Assembly: GCA_040880975.1 (NCBI GenBank)
Contig: JBBEEC010000029.1
Span: 31,054 to 95,053, forward strand
DNA from: Bacteroidota bacterium
GTDB taxonomy: Bacteria > Bacteroidota > Ignavibacteria > UBA10030
Length of the DNA stretch: 64,000 nt
Direction: 5' to 3'
The notes below the pieces were generated by a model that worked only from the letters and a program-made list of their open reading frames with translations, was not told the origin of the DNA and made no database searches. Positions 31,297 through 41,381 of the stretch are shown here, one piece after another. Positions within the stretch are counted from its first letter, which is position 1, and every line of letters starts with the position of its first letter. The position numbers and the translations under genes were made by a program.

Positions 31297-34200
31297 ATGA
31301 ACGAAGACATCAAGAGAAGAATTGAGCAGTCTCTTAGGTCGTTTGCGCAGGGAGACCTGACCAAGAATTCCATTGGTCTCTTCCAGACGCTCGGGTATGC
31401 AACGGATCGGCAAGCGCCTCTCGACAAACCAACGTACTCAAATTTCAAAGACTCCTTTGTTCAGGTTGACTCTCGATTCAACGAGGAGAAGGCCCAGACA
31501 AAGGAATGGAAGTGCGTTAACCTTCTCTTCCAGCTAACAAAGGACGAAGTCTCCCGGGACAAGTCGTTGTTTGATACGAAGCAGGTTGACCGCACGATTA
31601 TCGAGACATACCTGTTCTTTGTTATCGAACTCGCACGGCCAGAGTACAGCCGGACAGCTCTTAGCCACATCACACGTGAAGTGAACCGGCTTTTTCCGAT
31701 GCCGACATTAGTTCTCTTCAAACATGGCGGCTCGCTAACACTCTCTGTGATTGACCGACGGTTGCACAAGCGGGATGAAGCGAAAGATGTGCTGGAGAAA
31801 GTTACGTTGATCAAAGATATCAACATCACCTCCCCGCATCGCGCACACATTGACATACTGTTTGACCTCTCACTCCCTGAACTCACGCGCCGGCACTCGC
31901 CGACAAACTTCGTTGAACTGCATGGGGCATGGCGGGCAACGCTCAACATATCCGAACTGAACAAGAAATTTTACAGGGAAATCGCTGCGTGGTATTTTTG
32001 GGCTGTTCGGAGTGTCAAATTCCCACTTCCCTCGAAGGCTACAAACGAGAAGGCCAACCGAGAAATCAACGTCATTCGATTGCTCACCCGTCTCATATTC
32101 GCCTGGTTTCTCAAGGAGAAGAATCTTCTGCCAGATGACTTGTTTGACCGAATGGCCTTATCAAAGCTCCTAAGAGAATTCGATCCAACTAGCGGCAAGA
32201 AGTCAGTCTACTACAAGGCAATTCTACAGAACCTCTTCTTCGCCACACTCAACCAGAAGATGAATACGAAGGAGGAGCCGGACAATCGGCGCTTTCGGTC
32301 GAACAAACGTGGCTATCACAACTATTCTGAAGACTACGGTGTCAAGAATCTTTATCGTTATGAAGAATTGTTCTCTGACACCGGGACGGCTTTGAATTTG
32401 TTTTCTTCAGTTCCGTTCCTCAATGGTGGTCTGTTTGATTGCTTGGATAAGGAGGATCCCGACAAGAAAAACCTCATTGTGCACATCGATGGGTTTTCGG
32501 ATGTGCCGGCAAACCAACCAACGGTTCCAGATGAGGTGTTCTTTGGCCAAGAAGGCGAAATCGATCTCAGCGAGGTATACGACGATAGAAGGAAAAAGCA
32601 CGAACGGGTTCGTGGCTTGGTCCACATTCTGAAGGATTATAAGTTCACAATCGCTGAGAACACTCCGGTTGAAGAAGAAATTGCCCTCGATCCGGAATTG
32701 CTTGGCCAGATCTTTGAAAACCTCCTTGCCGAATACGTTCCCGAAACGGGAACAACGGCACGAAAACGGACCGGGAGTTTCTACACACCCCGCGAGATTG
32801 TCAATTATATGGTCGACGAAAGCCTCCTTGCATACTTAAGAGAGAAGATGCTGCGGGAAAATCCCGCGATCCTTGATGTTGGATCTGAACAGAGTGACGC
32901 TTTCGGCAACAAGGCACGCAAGGGACAACTAAGACTTGAACACAAGTTGGAGCCCAACCGTTGGCACAAAATCTCGGAAAAGCTGGACAACGAGTTGCGG
33001 AAGCTCCTCTCGTATACCGATGAATCTCTCGACTTCACAGAGCGGGATACGGAAGCCTTGATAGAAGCAATTCATTCCATGAGAGTGCTTGATCCCGCAT
33101 GTGGCTCGGGTGCCTTTGTCATGGGTGTCCTCCTCAAAGTTGTACACGTGCTTCACAAACTGGACCCTGAGAACAGTCGTTGGAAGGAGCAACAGCTTGC
33201 CGCCGTAAAGGACATGACCGCCGCCGATCTTCGTCGTGGGACCGTTGAGAGAATAGAGGAGGCCTTCAGTGCACAGAACAACTACGCCGACTACAGTCGC
33301 AAGCTCTTCCTGATCGAGGATTGCATCTACGGCGTAGACATCCAACCCATTGCTGTTCAGATTGCCAAGCTCAGATTCTTTATTTCACTGCTTGTTGACC
33401 AAAAGAACAACGATCAGAAACCAAATCGTGGTGTGCTTTCGCTCCCGAACCTTGAGACAAAGTTCGTTGCTGCCAACACACTTGTCAGCCTTGGCGGACA
33501 GGATGTACTCAAGCCCAAGGAGTTTCATGAGTTTGAAGAGAAGCTGAGGCGAGTGCGGCATGAATATTTCAATGCACGGACACGAAAGGACAAGCTGCAC
33601 TGCATCGAGGAGGACCGGAAACTAAGGCTAGTAATAGCGGAAACTCTAAAAAATCTTGGAATGCCCAAAAGTGTCATTGAGCTTCTGGCTCATTGGGACC
33701 CGTACGATCAGAATGGTGTAGCCGGTTTTTTCTCTGCAGATTGGATGTTCAGCCTCGACAAGGGTTTCGACGTTGTTATCGGCAATCCTCCTTACCTTCG
33801 AGTGCAGGGTTTGCAACAAACCCAACCGGAGTTCATTCCATACTACCGCGAGCGATACAAGTCAGCTACCGGCAATTTTGATCTCTATGCACTATTCATC
33901 GAGCGCGGATACGAACTTCTGTCCATAACCGGCATGCTCGCGTACATTGTTCCCCACAAGTTCTTCCAGGCCAGTTTTGGAGAAGGGTTGCGCCGTTTAC
34001 TCACGGCAAAGAAAGCGCTGGCACAAGTGGTTCGCTTCGGCGCCGCGCAAGTGTTTGAGGAATCGACGACGTACACATGCCTTCTCTTCTTGTCAGCAAA
34101 GGAACAAAGGGAGTTTGATCTCCTTGAAGTTAAGAGCCTTGAGAATGGTGAAGAGGTGCTCCAACACGCACGATGGAGGAATCAGCACCCGGAATACGTT

Positions 34201-35325
34201 TTTGAAACTCTACCAGAACCTGAGAAAACTGATTGGGATTTCTCAATCGGGGAATCTGGCCAAATACTGAAGCGAATGCATCAGCATCCAAAGAAGTTGG
34301 GCGAGCTAACTCATAAGATCTTCCAAGGCCTCGCCACCAGTGCGGATAAGCTTTACGTATTGGAAATCCGACATGAGGAAGAAAACACATATCGCTGCTA
34401 CTCAAGATATAATGAAACGGAATTCGAAATTGAGAAAGCTCTCGTGAAGCCGTTTCTAATGGGCAAAGATGTCCACAGGTACGAACCTGCTGTTGCCCGA
34501 AACGTTGTGATTTTTCCATACCATATCGATGAAGATACTCCCAAGCTAATGACCGCCGCATTCCTAAAGAAGGAGGCACCGTTAGGATGGAAATACTTGA
34601 AGGGAAATAGAGACGCCCTTGCCGGACGTGAAAGGGGGAAGATGGACCATGAGGAATTCTATGCCTACATCTATCCCAAGAACCTCACCGCCTTCGAATC
34701 GATCAAGATCATGACACCGGAAATTTCCCTCGGTTGCAACATGACGCTTGACTTCGAGGGGAGGCTCTACCACACCACAAAGGTCTACAGCTTTGTATTC
34801 AAAGACACCAAGAAGACTCCAACAAAGTATATGCTCGGTTTGCTCAACTCGAGAGTCCTATGGTTCTTTCTCATGAAGACGGGGTACGTGTTGCGTGGAG
34901 GGTACTACACTTTCAAAACGGATTACTTAAAACCATTCCCAATCCCAGATTCCAGCAAAGAACATCAGCAATCAATCGAAACACTTGTTGAATACGTCCT
35001 GCATTTAAAGGCAAAACCAGGAAGGGGCCCATCCGAGACGGCTCAAACTGACCTGATGACAGCATTTTTCGAGCAGCTTATCGATGGGATTGTTTACGAG
35101 TTGTACTTCCCAGAGGAATTCAAGAGCCTCGATCGAAGCGTTGCCCGTATGCTGGCTCATAACCCAATGCCCCCCCTTGCAAGCCTCAAAGGAAACAAGA
35201 AGGATGCAATTGAGGGGGTCTTCAAGAATGTGTATGACCGGGAATCAGAAATCAGAAAGGCGTCGTTCTTCATCGAGTCCATTGAATCTGCTCGGATCAT
35301 TGAGAATGCGACACGGAAGAAATGA
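31297..35325 (+). CDS. gamma-class N6-adenine DNA methyltransferase, Eco57I/PglX/DrmMI-like, with long N- and C-terminal (target-recognition?) extensions
   Basis: Motif X FYTPREIV, motif I VLDPACGSGAFV and motif IV VVIGNPPYLRV are present. Length is 1342 aa. The gene starts 8 bp after the helicase stop. Confidence 0.85.
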   Translation: MNEDIKRRIEQSLRSFAQGDLTKNSIGLFQTLGYATDRQAPLDKPTYSNFKDSFVQVDSRFNEEKAQTKEWKCVNLLFQLTKDEVSRDKSLFDTKQVDRTIIETYLFFVIELARPEYSRTALSHITREVNRLFPMPTLVLFKHGGSLTLSVIDRRLHKRDEAKDVLEKVTLIKDINITSPHRAHIDILFDLSLPELTRRHSPTNFVELHGAWRATLNISELNKKFYREIAAWYFWAVRSVKFPLPSKATNEKANREINVIRLLTRLIFAWFLKEKNLLPDDLFDRMALSKLLREFDPTSGKKSVYYKAILQNLFFATLNQKMNTKEEPDNRRFRSNKRGYHNYSEDYGVKNLYRYEELFSDTGTALNLFSSVPFLNGGLFDCLDKEDPDKKNLIVHIDGFSDVPANQPTVPDEVFFGQEGEIDLSEVYDDRRKKHERVRGLVHILKDYKFTIAENTPVEEEIALDPELLGQIFENLLAEYVPETGTTARKRTGSFYTPREIVNYMVDESLLAYLREKMLRENPAILDVGSEQSDAFGNKARKGQLRLEHKLEPNRWHKISEKLDNELRKLLSYTDESLDFTERDTEALIEAIHSMRVLDPACGSGAFVMGVLLKVVHVLHKLDPENSRWKEQQLAAVKDMTAADLRRGTVERIEEAFSAQNNYADYSRKLFLIEDCIYGVDIQPIAVQIAKLRFFISLLVDQKNNDQKPNRGVLSLPNLETKFVAANTLVSLGGQDVLKPKEFHEFEEKLRRVRHEYFNARTRKDKLHCIEEDRKLRLVIAETLKNLGMPKSVIELLAHWDPYDQNGVAGFFSADWMFSLDKGFDVVIGNPPYLRVQGLQQTQPEFIPYYRERYKSATGNFDLYALFIERGYELLSITGMLAYIVPHKFFQASFGEGLRRLLTAKKALAQVVRFGAAQVFEESTTYTCLLFLSAKEQREFDLLEVKSLENGEEVLQHARWRNQHPEYVFETLPEPEKTDWDFSIGESGQILKRMHQHPKKLGELTHKIFQGLATSADKLYVLEIRHEEENTYRCYSRYNETEFEIEKALVKPFLMGKDVHRYEPAVARNVVIFPYHIDEDTPKLMTAAFLKKEAPLGWKYLKGNRDALAGRERGKMDHEEFYAYIYPKNLTAFESIKIMTPEISLGCNMTLDFEGRLYHTTKVYSFVFKDTKKTPTKYMLGLLNSRVLWFFLMKTGYVLRGGYYTFKTDYLKPFPIPDSSKEHQQSIETLVEYVLHLKAKPGRGPSETAQTDLMTAFFEQLIDGIVYELYFPEEFKSLDRSVARMLAHNPMPPLASLKGNKKDAIEGVFKNVYDRESEIRKASFFIESIESARIIENATRKK

Positions 35326-37160
35326 GAATAAAGCAGATCGAAATCAAAGACTTCAAAGCATTTGCTGGTGAATACCCTTCTATCAAGCTTGATGGAAAGA
35401 GTTTGCTGGTATATGGCGAGAACGGGAGCGGCAAATCATCACTTGCACAAGCGCTGGACCAATTTGTAGAAACATCGACTGGAATGTTGAAGTTTGGCGA
35501 CTTCAAGAACATCTTTGCGCATGCTAATGATGGGTTCGTAAAGCTGACTTGCGAAGGCTTCGACGCTGCGGGAAATCCCGATCCAGAGAATGGCATCTAT
35601 GAGTGGTCAGAAACCTCTGATATGGTTGGCCAGGATCTCTTTGTTGACGCCTCCAAGACAAAGGGATTTCTTGACTACAAACGTTCACTCGCTGTCTATT
35701 TGCATCCAAAAGACGCGAATAGGATCGATGTTTTCGACCTCTTGATGCGGAACTTGCTTTCGCGATTTGTGAATCCGGTGAGCCGCTCAACCTTTGGAGA
35801 TGAACTTGGGGTGATGGAGCAACGCGTAAGGGCCTACTGGTATCAAGGCAACCTGAACGTCCTCAAAAGGCATTTGAGAGATTTTAATGCTGGTTTATCA
35901 GCAGTTCTTAAGGAATTGAACACCAAGGCTTCCGACATTCTCACAGAATTCGAAACAGGTGTCACCATCAGATTGGCACCTGCAAGGCTTTCTTATGGGC
36001 GGCCGCCGAAACGCTTGAAGAGGTCGCACATCGGGCTGTTTGTCCAGTACTACGGAAGAAAAATTCATCAACCTCATCTGTTTCTGAACGAAGCCAGATT
36101 ATCGGCTGTTGCCATTTCCATTTTCCTTGGTTCAATGCTGATTCAGCCATCAAGCAAGATCAAACTTCTTATCCTGGATGACATGCTCATCGGGTTGGAT
36201 TTTTCCAACCGAATGCCGTTGTTGAATGTGTTGAAAAAGCACTTCAATGACTACCAAGTGTTTATGTTGACATTTGACAGAAATTGGTTTGAGATCGCAA
36301 AGGCACTTCTGGCAAATGGCTGGGGAGCTTGTGAGATGTACGTGAGCGAACACAAGGAAGGCCCAGTCGGCGCCGAGGTAGTCATCGGTAACAAGCCTCA
36401 AATCGTCCAACCTTCAGACAGCTATCTTGACAAGGCGAAAAAGTACTTTGAAGCATTCGATTATCCAGCTGCGGCAAACTACCTTAGGAAGCGATGTGAA
36501 GAGTTGATCGACGATCTGCTTCCACTCTCCTACAAGATCGAACCGACCAACGGCTTTGGATCGAGGGAAATAACAAAACTGGATGGATTGATTGACAGAT
36601 TAAAGATGCTCTTCGAGGACTGTGAGGAATCAGCACCTCGTGCAGTTGAAAGCTTATTAAGGCTTCTCAAGAAGGCTACACTAAATCCGATGTCGCACCA
36701 CGATCTCGAGAGTCCAATCTACAGGGTTGAAGTTGAGCAGCTCTTTGATCTTGTGGACGAACTTGCCAACTTACCGAGATTGAAAAGACAGATTTGCCTC
36801 AAGGCCGGAAGCAGAGCTGCATATCATTTCACGGATGCCACGCGCGAATACAGCATCGATATAGAGCTAGTTGCAGACCTGCTTGTGATCACTGTGAACG
36901 GCAATAGTCGGTTTAACAAAGCGAAGTGGAAGATAGCAACGTGGGCGCTGAATGGGGTTGAGTTCTCTAGCATGGATCTCGCAAACCATCAGAGGCTAGG
37001 ACCTGATATCATCGAGAAAACGTGCGCCCAAGAGAGGCATCTCGAAGGAATAGCGAATGGTGTGTTTGGACCGCGTGGACTTGCCGTCACCCCACCGCGG
37101 GATGTCTTGGCGGAATTCAAAGTGACGAATGGTGGTACGTTGAGGGACTTGTTAGAGTAA
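35322..37160 (+). CDS. ABC/SMC-like (AAA_15/AAA_21-type) ATPase
   Basis: The N-terminus IEIKDFKAFAGEYPSIKLDGKSLLVYGENGSGKSSLAQAL carries Walker A, and KIKLLILDDMLIGLDFSN carries Walker B plus D-loop. The start ATGA overlaps the methyltransferase stop. Confidence 0.7.
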   Translation: MRIKQIEIKDFKAFAGEYPSIKLDGKSLLVYGENGSGKSSLAQALDQFVETSTGMLKFGDFKNIFAHANDGFVKLTCEGFDAAGNPDPENGIYEWSETSDMVGQDLFVDASKTKGFLDYKRSLAVYLHPKDANRIDVFDLLMRNLLSRFVNPVSRSTFGDELGVMEQRVRAYWYQGNLNVLKRHLRDFNAGLSAVLKELNTKASDILTEFETGVTIRLAPARLSYGRPPKRLKRSHIGLFVQYYGRKIHQPHLFLNEARLSAVAISIFLGSMLIQPSSKIKLLILDDMLIGLDFSNRMPLLNVLKKHFNDYQVFMLTFDRNWFEIAKALLANGWGACEMYVSEHKEGPVGAEVVIGNKPQIVQPSDSYLDKAKKYFEAFDYPAAANYLRKRCEELIDDLLPLSYKIEPTNGFGSREITKLDGLIDRLKMLFEDCEESAPRAVESLLRLLKKATLNPMSHHDLESPIYRVEVEQLFDLVDELANLPRLKRQICLKAGSRAAYHFTDATREYSIDIELVADLLVITVNGNSRFNKAKWKIATWALNGVEFSSMDLANHQRLGPDIIEKTCAQERHLEGIANGVFGPRGLAVTPPRDVLAEFKVTNGGTLRDLLE

Positions 37161-37374
37161 TGGATAGCGAGGGAACCATCGCATTTCGCCTATTGAGTTT
37201 CGCACAGGTGATGGTACCGCAAATAGGGGAAAAGGGCTTCATATCTCGGTGGCAACAATGCCGATGTCACCGAGCGGCTTTGTCCTGAGTGCCAGCGTGG
37301 GATGCCGGGGATAGGGTAGTGGATATGATGGGACTCAATAGTACAAATCGAGAGATCGACCGGATTGTGCACAT

Positions 37375-38658
37375 ATGACAGACAACAAAAAGACGTTCAT
37401 CCACGCCGACGACGAAACGCTGATCATGCTAATCGGCAATGCGCGTCAGCGTTTGGTCTTCATTGCGCCGGGAGTGAGAAAAACGGTAGCTCAAGCCCTT
37501 GCGTCCTCGATGGATGTTGTTCCTGTGGAAGCTATCCACCTGGTCGTTGATGCCGATCCCGAGGTTTGCCGACTCGGGTACGGTAGCTTGAACGGCCTGG
37601 AGCTTCTGCAATTCGCGGCTGGCCAGCACAACCTCGTGTTGAACAATCACCCTGGTATTCGCATAGGCCTTCTCATTGCAGATGAAGCTACACTCATTTA
37701 TAGTCCCACACCGTTGCTTATAGAGGGAGGCTCGCAAACACCGAACAAGCCCAACGCGGTTATATTGGACGCCCAGTTGCCTCAGGCGCTTGCGGATGCT
37801 TGTGCTGCAGGAGAGCGACAGGGTGCGAAATTGGAGGTTGGAAGGGATGTGGTTGACGCTGGGAAACTGGACGCGGTCAAACGGGATTTGCTTGAAAGAC
37901 CTCCCAAAAAGTTCAATGTTGCTCGGGTGGAGCGCGTATTCAATTCCATGTTGCACTACGTCGAGCTGCGGATTGAGGACTACAAACTCACCAGTCGGTC
38001 GCTCGCGCTCGATGCAAAGCTCTTCGGAGTGACGAATCCCGAGGTTGTGCGGCGGTTGCGGAATCGATACACCCTGTTTGCCGATACTGAATCCCTCAAT
38101 GTTGAGATCGAATCGCTCGATGCCGACGGGAAAGCCAATCCGAAAAAGACGAAAGAGAAGTTTGGCCCGCGCAGTATAGACGAGGAGCGTCAACGGATCA
38201 AAAAAAGGTTCATCCTGGAGGCTGGGGATTATGGATTGATCATCCTGCGCAAGGATGTAGAAGAGTTTGAGAAGCAGATCAATGCGCTGAGATCAAAGAT
38301 TGAAGCCTACAAGAAGGCGGTTCAGACGGAGATTGCGCGCCGAACGGATGAGATCGTTATTGAGCTACTCGCAGCTCTAAAGGACGCTCTGAAAGCCAAT
38401 CCACCAGAGCATTGGCGTTCCCGCTACATGGGTGAGACGCCGGCTGACGCCGATATCGAGCGATTGTTTCAAGAGGAGATACGAGCCGAAGTGAAGCGGG
38501 TCAACACAGATTTCAATCCACGCGTGTTTCATGCGTTCAAGGACGTGACATACAAGACATTCAAGGATGAGAAGTTCCGCAAACTTCTAGAAGTCCGGTT
38601 TGGCAAGGACGCCATTGATCGTATATTTTCCGAGCATGATGCAGCACCGGAAGAATAG
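37375..38658 (+). CDS. hypothetical protein, possible Toprim-like N-terminus (speculative), coiled-coil middle
   Basis: 427 aa. The N-terminus FIHADDETLIMLIG...AIHLVVDADPEVCRLGYG is a candidate Toprim E...DxD pattern. No other motifs are recognised. Confidence 0.4.
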   Translation: MTDNKKTFIHADDETLIMLIGNARQRLVFIAPGVRKTVAQALASSMDVVPVEAIHLVVDADPEVCRLGYGSLNGLELLQFAAGQHNLVLNNHPGIRIGLLIADEATLIYSPTPLLIEGGSQTPNKPNAVILDAQLPQALADACAAGERQGAKLEVGRDVVDAGKLDAVKRDLLERPPKKFNVARVERVFNSMLHYVELRIEDYKLTSRSLALDAKLFGVTNPEVVRRLRNRYTLFADTESLNVEIESLDADGKANPKKTKEKFGPRSIDEERQRIKKRFILEAGDYGLIILRKDVEEFEKQINALRSKIEAYKKAVQTEIARRTDEIVIELLAALKDALKANPPEHWRSRYMGETPADADIERLFQEEIRAEVKRVNTDFNPRVFHAFKDVTYKTFKDEKFRKLLEVRFGKDAIDRIFSEHDAAPEE

Positions 38659-38847
38659 CTGGGTAAGAACTACGTTTGTGGATTGTTATACTCAGCCCAT
38701 GATTCGGTCGCGAGCATAGAGATTGACCCTTTGATTTAGGAGCGGTACGGTTAACGCGTAAACTCCCTTACCGTCGCTTGGGTATGCCAGACGTTATTTG
38801 TAATGCCGCCTAAGCTGAGTCGCGCGTAAAAGAACAGAGGAGTCCAC

Positions 38848-39246
38848 ATGCCCCAAGCGGAGATTTCCGGAATATCACCTTTTTTTATCGTGAGCAACGT
38901 GCCGTCGTCGCTTTCGTTCTACCGGGACCGGCTTGGATTTGAAGTCACCTTCCAGGGGCCTTCTCCGGACGATATCTTCTTCGGAATTGTCCGCAGGGGC
39001 GGTGCACAGATCCTGCTCAAAGACGTTGGCGTAGCTCCTCTTCCGAACTATAAGCGAGACGTCGGAAAAGGGTTCGCCCGGTGGGACGCATTCGTTGTCG
39101 TCCCGGATCCTGATGCACTTGCGGCCGAATTTGCCTCGCGCAATGTGGAGTTTTCCGAACCGCTGAATGACACCGAAGACGGCCTGCGTGGTTTCGAGGT
39201 CAAGGACCCCGATGGCTATGTCTTGTTCTTCGGCCGTCCCCGATAA
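38848..39246 (+). CDS. VOC-family glyoxalase/bleomycin-resistance-like protein
   Basis: 132 aa with a glyoxalase-like fold signature. Its 3' half and downstream sequence are duplicated at 41439-41700, and a remnant lies at 40219-40285. Confidence 0.65.
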   Translation: MPQAEISGISPFFIVSNVPSSLSFYRDRLGFEVTFQGPSPDDIFFGIVRRGGAQILLKDVGVAPLPNYKRDVGKGFARWDAFVVVPDPDALAAEFASRNVEFSEPLNDTEDGLRGFEVKDPDGYVLFFGRPR

Positions 39247-39249
39247 ATC

Positions 39250-40700
39250 CGTTCCTACCAGGAAATAGAACACGCCTGCGTGCCGAAACAGTTATTGAAT
39301 CTGGAAGAGTACCAAATCACTCCGGCGTGCCCGCCTGAACGACGTAGTCGGGCAGGCCTCCGGCACGCAGGCAGGGATTGACGCGGATATATCATACGAT
39401 TCCGGCGATTTACCTGTGCACTCCGTGATCCTCCTGTAGTTTGCCTTCTACGCGCCCTGAGCCCCCGTCCCAAAGGGGAGGGGCGAAAATACGAAATCAC
39501 AATATCGAAATACAAAACAATATTAAAATACTAAATCTCAAACATCTCGGTTTTGAGGATTAGACATTAGAATTTGTTTCGCCCGCCCCTTTCTTGCTTG
39601 ACAAGGGCCAGGGAATTTCGTGTTTATGATTTCGGATTTTAATCGCACGGTGGGTGACAGATGGTCTGTTCCCCCTAATGGATATTCCATGGAGGGGTCC
39701 CTTCGGGAAAAATTTCGGCCCCTTTCATCGCCCCGGGATAAATCCCGGGGCTAGATCACCTCACGTAGAGCACAATTCCCCTAAAGGGGAATCCAAACCG
39801 TAAAACAGAAAACGACAAAGAACAAACTGAAATCAAACAGAAAGAAGAAAACAGAAATTAACAGCGGAGGGGGGTGGGATTTCTGAACAACAATTCCTTC
39901 ACTGCGCGTGCCATTTACTCGCCCTGAGCTCCCGAAATTTCGGCGGTGCGGTGAGGTCTTCCCCTGCAGTGCGTTAAATTCCGGCACAGTTTGAACAACT
40001 CTTTCGGTACGGAGACTGTTTAAGTGCCGGAATTTCGGATCAATTAAGCCTTATCCCAGGTGTGCGGTGGGTGACAAATGGTGTGTTAAATTTCGGCGCC
40101 CTTTTCTTTTCGTCCATTTTCTTTTGGGCGAACAAAAGAAAATGGACTCGCCGAAGGCAACTAGCCGAACAAAGGTCCAATCACCAGACTCCCCCTCATC
40201 CAACAACCCCTTTCGAAGGGTCTGCGTGGCTTCGAGGTCAAGGACGCCGACGGCTATGTCTTGTTCTTCGGCCGTCCAAGGTGATGAGCGTCGAGCCAAA
40301 TGGCGTCGAGGACCGCGACTTCTGACTTCTGACCTCCGACGTGTCCCTATTCGGTCGCCCCTACGGGGCTATATCCAGTTATCGTTATACTCTGCTACCA
40401 GAAGGCCGTCCCTAAAGGGACTGTTGTCTGACACACTGACCTCCGAACTCTGACTCGGCCGCTCCTATCCCGAAGGGATCCCTTTGGGACGGAGCTTCCT
40501 GTGTTTGTGTTAGATTCTTTTCTACCAATAGATCGCCCCGCCCGACCGAACAATGCGATAGCTCAAACGGTCGTTCGGGCGGGCCCTACGGGGCTTTTCG
40601 GATTTCCGACCTCTGACCCTTCGCTTCGCTCAGGGCATGCTTCCGACCTCGGACTTCCGACCTCGGACTTCCGACTTCCGACCTCCGATGTGTCCCATAT
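39250..40700. repeat. repeat mosaic (A-rich 190-bp element copy 39750-39960, GACTTCC/GACCTCC heptamer tracts, REP-like hairpins) incl. ~110-nt element with 12-bp terminal stem at 39262-39372
   Basis: Shares long identical stretches with 21930-22170, 23640-23760 and 42350-42530. Confidence 0.75.
40219..40285 (+). pseudogene. remnant of glyoxalase gene 3' end (GLRGFEVKDADGYVLFFGRP*)
   Basis: Near-identical to 39183-39246. Confidence 0.5.
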
Positions 40701-40711
40701 CGAGGATATCA

Positions 40712-41017
40712 TTATGGCGGATCGACCGGCGGACTCTCCGGTTCAAAATCCATAAGCCGCTTGTTTATTTTCTTTGCCGTTTTCTTGTTGGAACAATAGA
40801 ACTGATCCCGACTCATTCCACATTGACGGATCATGCTCGCCATCAGATCAGCCCAGAATTCATCCACCCCCATGTCAACTGTTACAATTCGCCTCTTTCC
40901 GCCAAAATATCCCTCATAATTCTCATGGCTACCCTCATGACTTTTATAGGCAAAACCCCGGGCTTTGAGGATGGCAATTACTTCTTGCGGCGAGAGAGGC
41001 GGGTATTTCTTAGGCAA
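40712..41017 (-). CDS. hicA: HicA-family mRNA interferase toxin
   Basis: The N-terminus MPKKYPPLSPQEVIAILKARGFAYKSHEGSHENY is typical of HicA/YcfA. The gene is adjacent to hicB. Confidence 0.7.
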   Translation of the reverse strand: MPKKYPPLSPQEVIAILKARGFAYKSHEGSHENYEGYFGGKRRIVTVDMGVDEFWADLMASMIRQCGMSRDQFYCSNKKTAKKINKRLMDFEPESPPVDPP

Positions 41018-41327
41018 GATTCAATCGGCGGGATGTGGGGTCGTAATCACCGGAAAAGGTGATCGTATCCCAAGCCCGTGTCATGAATCCGAGAAGCATG
41101 ATAACATTCCACCGCGCACGATGAATCAACGGTGCCTTCCGAATGAACTCTCCCCTCATGATTTCATCGACATCAAATGACTTGAGGTAGACTAAGAGTG
41201 CATCTCTCATCTTGCGCTCAACTTCCGCTAATGAATGCCCCTGTACTGCAATATCTGTTTCAAGGCAAATGGCGAAGAACCCATCTCCACTCTTGCGCCC
41301 TACAATCCTTAAATGGATTGACTGCAT
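41010..41327 (-). CDS. hicB: HicB-family antitoxin (UPF0150)
   Basis: 105 aa with an RNase-H-like HicB N-domain pattern (...FFAICLETDIAVQGHSLAEVERKMRDAL...). It overlaps hicA by 8 nt. Confidence 0.65.
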   Translation of the reverse strand: MQSIHLRIVGRKSGDGFFAICLETDIAVQGHSLAEVERKMRDALLVYLKSFDVDEIMRGEFIRKAPLIHRARWNVIMLLGFMTRAWDTITFSGDYDPTSRRLNLA

Positions 41328-41381
41328 GGGTGACTACTCCTTTAACTTTGGATTCCGGGGAAAATTCCCCCTAAACTGAGT

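Noticed and set aside
27957-38658. Canonical class-1 DISARM or BREX
   Set aside because: No DEAD-box DrmA or DUF1998 DrmB candidate is present, so it is not canonical DISARM. No PglZ alkaline-phosphatase or BrxC-type ATPase with BREX neighbours is present, so it is not BREX. Only module-level resemblance to DISARM (PLD, SNF2, Eco57I-like methyltransferase) remains.
40067-40453. 128-aa ORF as intact gene
   Set aside because: It merely reads through the glyoxalase 3' remnant and flanking repeats. It is annotated as a pseudogene fragment.
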